Shown here in pieces: positions 11,875 through 24,418 of a stretch of DNA of 64,000 nt (position 1 is its first letter; each line of letters begins with the position of its first letter). The DNA is taken from positions 14,322,001 through 14,386,000 of the forward strand of contig OZ024757.1 of assembly GCA_964016885.1 (NCBI GenBank), given 5' to 3'. Both the position numbers and the translations under genes were made by a program. Below the pieces are notes generated by a model. That model worked only from the letters and a program-made list of their open reading frames with translations. It was not told the origin of the DNA and made no database searches. The stretch is from Eledone cirrhosa. Taxonomy: Eukaryota.

Positions 11875-13449
11875 AGTGAGTAAATTAGTAATACTTATAG
11901 GTCAAATTATTATTATTTTTTTTTAAAATATATAGAAACAGAAAGAAAGCGAGATAACACGATATATTCCGGATGTTACCTCACTGTCATTCCGTTCCTA
12001 CATATATATATATATTCTTCTATATATTAGAAGAAATATGTATAGAAGAATATATATATATTAATTTCGAAACTACTAGGATTTTGTACATATATACAGA
12101 ACAATTAATATGTAAGTAAATATACTTACTTAAGATGGTAACATGTATTTTACTGACAGATCTGTTTCTGAATATAAGAATACGGTAATACGAAAACTAC
12201 AAATACCGAATTTTTCAACCCGTTCGTAGGTTGGGTACATCAATTGAGAAATATTTATTATATTCTATCTTAAACATTTTAAATTAAATCCACGCTTGAA
12301 ACCGTCCTGGTTTTATAAAACAATATCCCTACTAACATAATATTAGAACTTCTCTTCAAGTAATGTCCTAAATACCACAGAAAAGTCTGAAGTCAATTTA
12401 TATTACTGGACTAAGTTTATTTGTTGTAGTTACATATGACCAATACCTTATTATAGGTTAACTGGGAGTTATACTAGATAAATTATTGAGGGAGTTAAGT
12501 TGGACATGATGGAGAAGACATTGCCCTGGCGAGGGTGATGCGCTGGGACGGCCACTCTACCTCGCACGAGCAGCCTGGGCTGGTCCCCGAACGCACCAGG
12601 TTGCCACTAGAGATGTCCCAACAGATGAGGGGCCTACCTATGCGATGATTGTCATACCGTCCCCTCGATCCAGCTGAGAAAGGACGTTCATAGGACGGAG
12701 GCCGAGTTGGTTCGATATCGCGTAAGTCATCTCACATAGCCCGATCTGGTTGAAAACTGAAACGATATCGATCTAGTTAATACTGAACAGTTAACCTATG
12801 ATTACAATGGTGTTAAGAAAATTCGTTCAAAACATAAATTTCATCATCATGGCGAGACGGGTGTAATATTTACCCCCAAAATATGAAAACTTCAAAATCT
12901 ATAGGAAAAATATAAAGGGTAATTTTCGAAAAAAGATCTAACTAAATATCTGAACGTCTGATTTGTTCAGAATACACCTAAAGCAAGAGGGGAAACATAA
13001 TTTTCACTTCTAACGCAGCAATTTATAGACTTTGATAATATTTTTCAAAGAAGCATGAAAAGTCGTCCAAATGATTTCATACAGGCAACTGAGCTGCTAC
13101 AGGGGGAAAGTATTTCGTTAAATTCCTGACATTATGAGCATTCCCAAAATTAATTGAAATGCGTGGGTAAGAATGTTGAAATAGTTGACTAGGAAGAGAA
13201 GTAAAAATAAAACCTAGCAAAATATTTCAACATATTATAATACTCAAGAGCTGAATAATAATTGTTTCTACTTTTGGCACAAGGCCAGCAATTATCTCAG
13301 TGTATTACTGGTACTTTATTTTATCGACTCCGTAAGGATGAAAGGCAAATTTAACCTCGGCGGTATTTGAACTCCGATACTGCCAAATCACCGCCCTAGA
13401 GCTGAATAATAAAAATGTTAACACTGATCACTTGATCTGTGATTATGAT

Positions 13450-13950
13450 AAACACTATATTGTTTGCTGAAGGAGTTCTCTGAATTCGGATGCAATAATA
13501 CCCGCATACCTGGTCCTGACTTCCTTATCTACCAATGCTTCCCACTTTAGTCTGTAGGTTTCCCTGGATCTGACATGTTTGTGGGCTTCTTTGGCTTTAT
13601 GTAGTCTCATGCTGCAGATAACTAGATGCTGATCAGTTGACAGCCCCCTCTCTTAATACGAACATCCAGCTCAGAGACAATAACAAAATCAATTATTCGT
13701 CTCTGCCCCTGATTCCCCTTATGCCATGTATATCTATGAATGTCTCCATAATAGAGTCCATCCGACTAATCCCGCACTCGCCTCTCGTATAGAGACACCA
13801 GGGTAACAAGAAGCTATCCATCGGTTCCATATACCTACAGAACCTTCCAAAGCAGATACCGTGGAACGCGGTCGTATGCTTTTTGATGTCTACAAAGGAA
13901 GAAAACAACCCTTCGCAGTACTCCCACGATTTCTCAAAGACCCGCTTAAT
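13450..13950 (-). mobile_element. Rearranged RTE LINE fragments (RT piece upstream of AP-endonuclease piece)
   Basis: FEKSWEY...FVDIKK(A)YDRVPR followed on the same strand by HRYTW...IIDFVIVSELDVRIKRG..STDQHLV. Confidence 0.7.
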
Positions 13951-14368
13951 GTAAAAAACAAAAATTCTACGCTATTTCATTAAATTGCTCCAAAATATAT
14001 TGAAAGATGTAACGGGGTTGTATTGTAATAGTAACACGTTACCACGTGGTTTACGATAGCTAAACAAAACTACTGTTTAAATAGTTGTTGGTGACATTAT
14101 GAAGGAACCTAAAAATAAAATGTTTCAATGAAACTGTTCAACATAAAATAAAGCTATACTTTACCTTCATAAAACTGGAAAAATCCCAGTTTTTAACATT
14201 TATTCGAGGGTTCGGAAAATATGGAAATCTTTAAGCAGCCATTTTTTTCCCCGAGATAAATATATACCAAACACGCATGCGCAATAAATAAATATATATA
14301 TATATATATATGTGTGTGTGTATGTGTGTATATATATATATATTCACATGTATTTACATTTATATATA

Positions 14369-16846
14369 TCAGATGAAAGAATGGTATTTAACTAATGCAT
14401 TGGTACGCGATGGGGCCCACCCACAGCCCCGGCGGACAGAATGGACAAGGCGTTTCCCCGGAGGACGGCAAGGGAGACGCGCTGGAAAAGCCACTCCAAT
14501 TCGCGGGGCTCACACCTGCGGCTGGCCAGCTCAGCGCCTATGGTGGTGAGTAAGGAGGTAACCATGGGGCCGAGGACACCAGAAGTCTCCACTGCCAGAG
14601 GAACGACCGCAAACCTGTCGGAGAGCGACCGGTATTTGAGGAGTTTGGCCCCCTCAGCCCGACGTGCAGCAGAACCTGGGTCAGTCGCACACTGCACCAG
14701 GTTCTGCTGCAGAAAGTGTCGTGGCATCCCAGACGAGGGGTTTGCCACCGCGGAACGGGAAGTTGGTCATGCCATCTGGCCTTTTGCCGTCCCCTCGATC
14801 CAACCCCACCGGCTCGAGCTGGGAAGGGAAGCCTGCAGCGTCCAAGCCATGCTTAATGACCTCGTTGAGGGCAGTATGGCGTGGAATGCGGCCGGCACTG
14901 TGGCGACAGGAAAGCGGGTGGAGGCCGGAAGAATCCACGGTGGAACCGCAGCGACATTGGTGTGGCTGGCAGATGCGGAGGCCGAGCCTCAGGGAAACGC
15001 CGATTCGCATGCTATGGTTGTCTAGCTGCGTGCCAGTGGAGAAGGAGGGCAGGGCATGGAGCCAAGTACCACGAAAACAAGGAAGCGGTGCTGGTCAAGC
15101 TGGCGCGTGATCCTGTCTGGGGCCAGGCTGCACTGAATGGCATCCCAAGTGCGTTGGGGGGACTTGACGTCAACAGGAGGAGGAGGAGGAGGGACGTCTA
15201 CTGGGCTAAGTCCCAGCCGGTCCCAGGTCTCACAGGCGGCCTCACGTTCTCTGAACACAGAGGGTTCTGTTGTGTTTTGAAGAACCCTGCTGACGAGGAC
15301 GCGGCACGAGGTTACCGACGAAAGATACGCCGGCAAAGCTAGTGAGATCGGGGACCGGAGGCCAAGGCCGCCATACCTGACCGGTAAAGTGGCCTGTGGC
15401 CTGTTGCCACCCTATGTCGTCAAACTTGACGTTGCATATCCCTTTGGCTGCTGCTCGGATACAAGTATCGAGGTCAGCGAGAAGAGATGTCTGGGTGTAA
15501 CATGGAGGAGCTTCGGCCTGGCGAAGCAGTTCCTCAGCAGAAAGAGAGCTGGGTGGCCGTCAATCAAGCCCAGTCGGCTCGTGAGAGTCTGGAGCTATTG
15601 AAGCCTGGACCTGATGGTGGAGCGGATGGATCGGTGACCCGAGGATGAGGACATCCTCTTTGGGGGTCACCTGAACCTGGCGGAGAATGGACCGCACGTC
15701 CAAGACAGAGGCTGTAAAGCTCGCAGCATCGAGGCTGACGTTCACCACCTCCGAGTTGACCTGGAGGCCGATTCCCGCCAGGGCAGGAACCACCGATTGA
15801 AGGTCATGGCAGACCGTCCGTACGGGCCCGCCCAACGTAGCATCATCCAGATACCAAACGTTGAGAGGGGCCGTGATACTCCGGGCGATGTGGTCAATAC
15901 CAAGGACGAACAGGAGGGGCCCCAAAGGGTCGCCCTGTTGGACCCCAGTAGCCGAGGGTATGACCGTATCAGCAGCTAGGGGCTCCATATGACAGGTAGG
16001 CAGAGGGAGCTCGGCTGAGGCAGGCCTCGAGCAGATGATCCCGGCATAAAGATTTAAAGGCAATCCTCATGTTAAGCTTGACAATGAGGTGCCTCGAGTC
16101 CCTGGATGCCGGTTCCGATGGGCAGCTGCTGAAGAACTGCCTGATTGCATGAGCGACCCCCTCACACGCCGACACCCAGCTGCACCGGATTAAACTCCTC
16201 ACCCAGTTCGTGTGTGACGGATTTGCAGATCACCTTGGCAGCCAGCCTCCGGAAGACATTTCCCACAGCAATGGGGCGTATGCCACCCTCTTTCTTCCTG
16301 ACAGCGGCGAGGCTAGCCGAAAAAAAGAGGCCTCGGGCGGAAGGGTCGAGGGCACCATGAATGAGCCTATTGGTGAGCGCCACAATTGCACTCAGAAGGA
16401 AGCGCCCGGCCTCAGCGGAGAGGGGGGGGGGGGTGTCAACTCCTTGAGGTGGCCTGGTCGGAGACCATCAGACCTCCGCAGCTGTTAGCTGGGAAGGACC
16501 TGATGGCGGACAAGATATCTGCATCAGTAGCCACAAGGAGCAAGTGGAGGTGTGGGTCTGAGATCAGGGTGTTTGAGCCGCGAGCAGCCAGGACCTCCTC
16601 GGTGGGTTGGGGGACAGTGTCCTCTGAGGCAACAACTCTGACTGCGGCCGAGACATCACCCATGATAAGTTTTGCGCTTACCTGGTCACGCAAACGCTTG
16701 GCGGTGGCCTCGGGGGTGGAGAATAGGGTGGGGTGTGTGGCGTCCCTTGGCACGCTTGGAATGGGCGCTCGCCCAAATGACGAGACATTGGCCTTGACGA
16801 AGGCTGCTGTTGACCGGCCGCCCCGGGCAGGGAGAGTTGACAGGAC
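14369..16846 (-). mobile_element. CRE-clade (RLE-type) non-LTR retrotransposon, 5'-truncated and frameshifted
   Basis: GIRPIAVGNVFRRL, QLGVG, GVQQGDPLGPLLF, WYLDD, zinc finger CRC...HPLSC, RH, KRPDG...VWDAT, KLLKY, PLAVETSGVLG; flanked by TA/TG microsatellite. Confidence 0.85.
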
Positions 16847-19134
16847 TAATATATGTGTGTCTGTATACGTAAATATATGTATTTTCATAATTTGCTGAAA
16901 GAAATATATTTTATTGAACCGAAATGAATGGAAGTAATTCTTTATTATTCGTTCATATGTAAGATATTTCTCGTAATAAAAATTGTTAATACGTTGCTGG
17001 TTGTGTGGTATGGTGAATGTGTCAAGAGGTAAAGATAAGGGCTATTTTGTTAGTTAAGACATTGTATCCATAGTCATTCGCATGTATCATTTTACCTAAT
17101 CTTTCAAATCTATTGTCAAACTTCGTTGGATTCCTCGTTAATTGAATTGTATATGTCAGATGCTGTCTTCAGTTGGCAGTTGGTGTCAACCCTTGCCTAT
17201 GGTCATGAGTCTTGGGTAATGACCGAAAGAATATGATCGCGAATACAAGCGGCCGAAATGGGATTCCTCCGAAGGGTCTTTGGAGTAACGTAGTCCAGAA
17301 AGTTAGAGTTAGTTACATCAACTTTGATTGCTAGTTTATTTTTACCGACCCCGGAAGGACGAAAAGCAAAATTGACCACATATTATTTGAACTCAGAATG
17401 GAACGAATGCCATAAACTAATTAAACACTTTTTCACGCTCAGAGTTGCTGAAGCATGGAACAAACTACCTGCATCAGTTGTTAGCTGCCGAGACACTGCA
17501 TCCATTAAAACTTCCATGCTCCCTGAGATGTAGAACACTACACCTGATGTCCTCTCTCCATACACACATGTACTTCATGACTCCTACACTGTTCATTTTC
17601 CTGACATTTCTACATTATTCTATGTACTATACATGCACCTTTGATGAGTTGTAGTGCACCTGAGCACTGTAAACAATAATTTCATTATTATTATTATTAT
17701 ATAAAATGGAACAAATACCGCAAGGCGATACCCTGGACGATCGCAACAACTAAGGGAAATAACTAAGATTGTTCCTATTGCTAAAGATTTGGGAGTTACT
17801 TTCCTTCGTTACGCAGGTTATTGCCAAAAATGACAGATTTTAGCAATTTCGATTCTTTTTTATATTCGTATGTTAGAGACTAATCAATCCTCGCTACCTC
17901 ATACCGGCTCTCCAACCGTGACTATCCACTCTTAACATTAACTGCAATATGAAGGATAAACGCCGAGCAAGATGGTTATATAACATCCGTGAACTTGGCT
18001 GGTCCCACTTTAGGGGATCCAGCCGGATCAGTTGCTTCTGACAGGAGTGTTTGTCTGATGGATAAGGACTGATTTGTGGTTTTTGCTGGTGGTCGGATGT
18101 TGATGGGTTATAACGTGGGGATTTTAAATAATGAAAATTATTGTGTACAGTGCTCAGGTGCATTACAACTCATCAAAAGTACATAGAATAATGTAGAAAT
18201 GTCAGGAAAATGAACAATGTCTGAGTCCTGACATAATGAAAATTGTGTACAGTGCTCAGGTGCACTACAACTAATCAAAGGTGCATATATGGTACATAGA
18301 ATAATGTAGAAATGTCAGGAAAGTGAATAGTATACGAGTCATGATATACACACAGATACATGCGTGCGTGTGTACGGAGGGGGAATATCAGGTGTAGTGT
18401 TGGCGAATTTCGGGAAACATGGAAGTTTTGAGGGATGCTGTGTCCCGACAGCTAACAACTGATGCACGTAGTTTGTTCCATGCTTCATTTTAAGGAAATT
18501 ATTACCAAACAAATCCTTTATTAAAGCTATGTTACTTGTGAATACATAGCTATGAGAAACATATACACCAGGTCCGAACACAAAGGAACCAATCTCCCAC
18601 TGTCACTGGCTCCGTCTCTCACTTGTGGTTAATTTAACTCGCATTCCGTCGGTTACGACGATGAGTGTTCCAGTTGATCCGATCAACAGAACAGCCTGCT
18701 CGTGAAATTAACGTGCAAGTGGCTGAGTATTCCACAAACACGCTTACCCTTTCCGTAGTTCTTCGGGAGATTCAGCGTGACAAGGCTGACCTTTCGAATT
18801 ACAGGTACAACTTATTTTTGCCAGCTGAGTGGACTCGAGCAACATAAATTAAAGTGTCTTGCTCAAGGACACAACTTGCTGCTGGGAATTGAACTCACGA
18901 ACTTACAATTGTGAGCCGAATACCCTAACCACAAAACCACGTGCCTTAACTTGTGGGTAACAAGCAACTACAAACTAACGAGGCCACTCGACCTGCTAGA
19001 AATAGCAGCCACATTTCGTTCGAATAAGTTTACAAAAAGGAGATATGGATAATATAATCCTAGATAAAGGTGTATGAAAAACAAAAACAAAAAAAAAAGA
19101 GGGTAAGGGCACGGCATGAATACCCTTTGCTCAC

Positions 19135-19577
19135 CTGAGGTTAAATATTTCAGCAGCCACAATGTCTACAGCTGTTTCTCCCTGATTAACGCGAGGAAAG
19201 TATATGCTGCGTATTGTGATTGGTCGAAATCGTGTTCTCAACAACCAATCAGATTTCTCTTTACATTAAGAATTTGTTTGTTTATAATCGCTTCCTCGAC
19301 ACCAAAATAACGTGAATGTTCGGCCAAGGTGGAACTTGAACCAGATTCTCTCCATCTCTCATTAATTTACCATCGTTCAGGTCACCTGCCCACAATCCTT
19401 CTCGACAGATACGTTGTCACACGGATCAGATTCCGCTAGCCACATTGCTACACCTGGATTTCGTAAAAAAACAGTGTTTCTTTTTCTTAGAAAAAGAGTT
19501 TTAAGTATTTTTTAGTATAATGACAATCTGCCTTACCCGGAGGAGTTGATTGACTATTCATATAATATCGTTTTTTG
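19135..19577. promoter_or_regulatory. Candidate bidirectional promoter with divergent non-coding first exons
   Basis: Opposed CCAAT boxes (ATTGG 19219-19223, CCAAT 19245-19249); + donor G|GTGAGT after 19577; - donor CAG|GTGAGC after 19135; locally CpG-containing. Confidence 0.5.
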
Positions 19578-19804
19578 GTGAGTTAGTACTGACCGAACTC
19601 TCTATCTCTTTATCTAAGTATCTATCTACCTCTCTGTCTATATATCTAAGTATCTATATCTATCTATCGATCTATGTATATAAATGTGTGTGTGTGCGTG
19701 CGTGATTCTACGCCCACACACTGTATAACCCTTTATTTACAGTTTAATAATCTACCACAATCTAGTGTATATATATATATATGTATGTATATATATATAT
19801 ATAT

Positions 19805-20056
19805 TAATCAAAATATATACTTTATTATATATATTACAGAGGTACTGTGTTGTTTTTTCAGTACGTCCTCATCAGACAAAATATATGATTTGATATATGA
19901 CATACCGCTACACCAGTATTGGCAATACTGGAATTGTATAATCAAGACTGTAGCGGTATGTCATATATCAAATCATATATTTTGTCTGATGAGGACGTAC
20001 TGAAAAAACAACACAGTACCTCTGAAATATATATAATAAAGTATATATTTTGATTA
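19805..20056. repeat. Fold-back insert (108-bp arms) with hammerhead core; probable Penelope-like element remnant
   Basis: Arms 19805-19912 and 19949-20056; CTGATGA at 19986, stem II, GAAA at 20024. Confidence 0.7.
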
Positions 20057-20280
20057 TGAGAATATTTTTCATTTGTTAATATTTTGAATAATATTAAAAA
20101 CTCCAGGAAAACTTTTTTTGTTGAGTGCTTCTAATCTATTGTAAAATTGTATTCATTGAGTAATCAACGAACCATATAATCTTTGGTTAAAAAAAATATA
20201 TATATATATATAAAGGGTTATACACTCTGTATAACCCTTTATTTACAGTTTAATAATCAACCACAATCTCGCATCTAGTG

Positions 20281-20312
<32 letters not shown>

Positions 20313-21573
20313 CTTCTTGCTCATAATAATTTCTATACTTTTCATTTATATATATACAAATATGTATATATACTGTCCCTCTTCCTCTCCGCCATATTCC
20401 CCTCATCTACATATTATACAGACAGACCTTTGTATCTATAATATAATATAATTGTTTCTACTTTTGACACAAGGCCAGCAATTATACAGTACATTACTGG
20501 TACTTTATTTTATCGACCCCGTAAGGATAAAAAGTAAAGTTAACCTCGACGGGGTTTGAACTGTGTGTCTATGATATAATATAATTATTTCTACTTTTGG
20601 CATAAGGCCGACAATTATCCCAGTGCATTACTGGTACTATATCTATGATATAATATAATGTTATACGGACAGACCTGTGTGTCTATAATTTAAGCTACAG
20701 TACTTGACACGATAGAGGTAGCAGTAAAATGCTGAGATCGACTATATAGTTACTTAAACAATCACGCCTCTCTTGAAATCTATAACTCTACTCCTGTATA
20801 ACGTGGACCCTCTTATATAATATTATTGAATACTAACATACTTTGTTGCTGTGTTTTTATTATTCTTAATTTCTTTTAATAACCGGGGAAGAGACCCCAC
20901 CCTCTTTGGGAGAGGTAACAAATGTCTTCTCTTGTGAAAATGGGTATAGCTTTCATTTTGTAAAATCTCCCAATTTTGCTTCATTTCTCCCCGTTTTGGG
21001 GCACTTATTTTCCTGGTACTCCCTATTTTGGGTTTTTAGAGGTTGGCAGGTCTGTCGTAATATGTAGACAATGTAGTGAACTTGTGTCCTAAAGGACGTC
21101 AGATTAAAAATGCCCGACATCAGATCCCACCGAGGTCTACTTGGGCTCCCGTTGTTTCGAGGTCGTTAACAAAGTAGCAAAAAAAAAAAAAAAAAGGGTC
21201 AGTCTTGTACTGGGGTCGATTCTTCCTCTGGAAGGAAGGAATAAGCTGTGATCAGACCTGGAGAGGGATGCCCCCCCCCCCGGGTTTAAAATGTCCAAGA
21301 CACGCCCTGTATTCGAACGGCGCCTCTACGATTCTATCTAGAGATAAATAAGGACCCTTTCCTTTACCTAATATGAAGACATTCGCTTCTTCAAATTTAC
21401 CAAATTCCAACATGGTGTGGCATTTTCTGTCGATCATACACAGATTACATTACGTAACGTTTTTCTGATAAACTTAGTTATCCATAATATATTTCTAACA
21501 GAAAATACTACCTATGATTTCCAAATAACTTTGAAAGTATATATGCACGCATACACACACATATCTCTCTCTC

Positions 21574-21606
<33 letters not shown>

Positions 21607-21742
21607 AAGTTAAAATAATGAAATAAAAATTCAAGTCATTAGAAATATACTTCACTGCTTTACGATCGTTTCTAGGTGATAATAATACACCGTACGCATA
21701 TTTCTATTGTGGTTACCCCCCACAACTAACCGTGGATATTTC

Positions 21743-21774
<32 letters not shown>

Positions 21775-21963
21775 AGGAAGTAAACAACACAATATAACTA
21801 CTCCATTACCAAAGGTTTCAGGACCCTAGACAATATTAACACACGTCTAGTTCGCTCGTCAGATGAAAAGTTCTGGATCTGATGAGCGAACTAGACGTAT
21901 GTTAATATTGTCTAGAGTCCTGAAACCCTTGGTAGTGGAGTAATATTGTGTTGTTTACTTCCT
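21775..21963. repeat. Fold-back insert with hammerhead core; probable Penelope-like element remnant
   Basis: Near-perfect IR; CTGATGA 21879-21885 ... GAAAC-CCTTG-GTA 21922-21934. Confidence 0.7.
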
Positions 21964-22031
21964 AATTAAATAGCTCTGTATTATACATAGAGCACTCTTT
22001 TTTTCCTTTGCTTTTACTTCAGAAATACTTA

Positions 22032-22062
<31 letters not shown>

Positions 22063-22076
22063 CATAGGTGAGTGTA

Positions 22077-23337
22077 CGAGGGGGGGTCAAAAAATTTGCG
22101 GAATTTTTCAGAAAATAATCTATTTTTCAAAAAATATGATTTACCTTTAATTTATTTTTCTACATAGTTGACATCCAGGTCAATACACTTCACAAGGCGA
22201 TGCTTCCAGCTTCGTAAGCCATCTCTAAAGAAAGTTAAAGGCCTTGTTCGAAGCCATGTGTTGGCAGTGTTTTAGCTTCTTCAACACCACTAAAACGAGT
22301 CCCTTTTAGCATTGCTTTGAGTTTTAGAAAGAGGAAAAAGTCTGATGGGGCTAAATCTGGACTATAAGGTGGGTGAGCAAGCACGTCCCATCGAAATTCT
22401 CGAAGAACTTCTTTTGCAACCTGCGCTGGTGCATTATCATGGTGAGACCATGAGGTTTCCCTTTTCGTTTCTTGACTAATGCCTCTTTCAGCTTCCTTAA
22501 AACATTTGCAAGGTAAGCTCCTGTCACAGTTCTTTGACCTTCAAGATAATCTATTATTATCACCCCATCTGAATCCCAGAAAATGGTGGCCATCACTTTT
22601 TGATCCGACTTTTGAGATTTGAACTTGATTGGCCCCGATGATCCACTGTTTTGACTGCTGTTTGGATTCAGGATCATACTGGTAGATCCAGGTTTCATCT
22701 CTGGTGATGATTCTGGTCAGGAAATGCTCTTCATCAACTTCAATTTTGTTTAATATCGCCAAAGACAGATCACTTCGAAGAATCAGCAGATCAGGGCGCA
22801 ACGCTTTTGGGACCCATCGCGCTGAAAGCTTGCTTAGTCCCAAATTATCGTGCAGAATTGAATTTGCCGAACCATATGAAATGTCTAGGGACTTAGCTAA
22901 CTGATTAACTGTTATTCTTCGATATTCTTCAATTAAAGTCTGAGCAGCCTCAACGTTTTGGTCATTTTTTGATGTTCCTAGTCTTCCACTGCGATGGTCG
23001 TCTTCAAGGTCGTCTCTCCCTTGTTTGAATCCACTTGTAGACACCAGTTTTCTTTGGAGAAGTAGTACCGTAAACTTTAACTAAAGCCTCCATAATCTGT
23101 GTCCCTTTCCATTTGAGTTTCACCAGAAACTTGATATTCGATCTTATCTCAAAATAACTATTTTCCATTGTTCCAAAAAGAGTGTCAGTACTGTACAATA
23201 GTCCGCGCATAACTGACTGCAAGTGACTAATAGCAAGGTAAACACCCAGTGACAATGTTCTGACATGTTTAATATTGTTTTAACCTGATTTTTTTCTTGC
23301 TACAATAAAATTCCGCGAACTTTTTGATCCCCCCTCA
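22077..23337 (-). mobile_element. Full-length but inactivated mariner transposon
   Basis: TIRs cgaggggggg(t)caaaaa...gcggaattt, TA flanks; frameshifted transposase with LSARWVPKAL, TRDETW, KVMATIFWD and HPPYSPDLAPSDF motifs. Confidence 0.92.
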
Positions 23338-24418
23338 TATGTATACACACTTCAACAGCATTCTAATAAATATTGCCTGTACAGGTAATCAAAGTGTGTA
23401 TACATTTTTGGGGGACACCCTGTGTGTGTCCCTTTTGTTACCATATTTCTAATAAAAGACACTGCCTATGATTTTCAAATAATTTTGTAAAAGTAATCGA
23501 GAAGCTGGAGAGATTTTGTAATACAACTAACTTCTTCGTTATTAAACTGTTGTTTGGAACGTAACTTATCAAAAAGGGTTTAGTGATTTTTATTATTACA
23601 CCCATCTCCAAGACAGGTGTTATGGAGTTTTCAGGTGGGTGAACTGCAGAAAACGAGAATTTACAATGGCTTTGAAGGTTGAATTCATTCAAAACACTTA
23701 AAAGCAGACCTGTCAACTCTCCCCGTCCAACAAAGAGAAATCCAACCCACTTTGGAGTGGGTGACAGATGTCTTCTCTTGTGAAAATGGATATAGATTTC
23801 ATTATGTAAAATCTCATTTATCCCCGTTTGGGTTTTTAAAGGTTAGCAGGTTCGCAGGCCAGCAATTGAAGGAGAGAGGCAAGTCAATTAAATTGAGCCC
23901 AGTGCATTACTGGTGCTTTATTTTATCGACCTCGTAAGGATGAAAGGTAAAGCTGACCTCATGTAGACAATTCAACAACCATATGGCATTTATATGGTGA
24001 CAATGGGTCTATATTATTTCAGAGCAATATGATATATAATGTAGACCAGCAGTTGCCAACCTTTTGGACCTCACAGACCACTAAATTAATTTTTTTTAAA
24101 AAGATAAATACATTAAAATTTATCTGCAGACCACTGGTTAGTGACTGCTGATGTAAAAAGTTCAATGACCATATGGAATTTATATGGTGATAATGTGTCT
24201 TTATTATTTCAGTGCAATAAAATTCCAGCAGCGGTTAACTTTGCCTTTCATCCTTATGGGATCGATAAAATAAAGTACCAGTAATACACTGGGGTAATTG
24301 CTGGCCTTGTGCCAAAAGTAGAAACAATTATTTCAGATCAATGTGCTATATAATGTTTATAGTTCAACAACAATATGAAATTTATATTGTGACAATGTGT
24401 CTATCTTATTTCAGAGCA

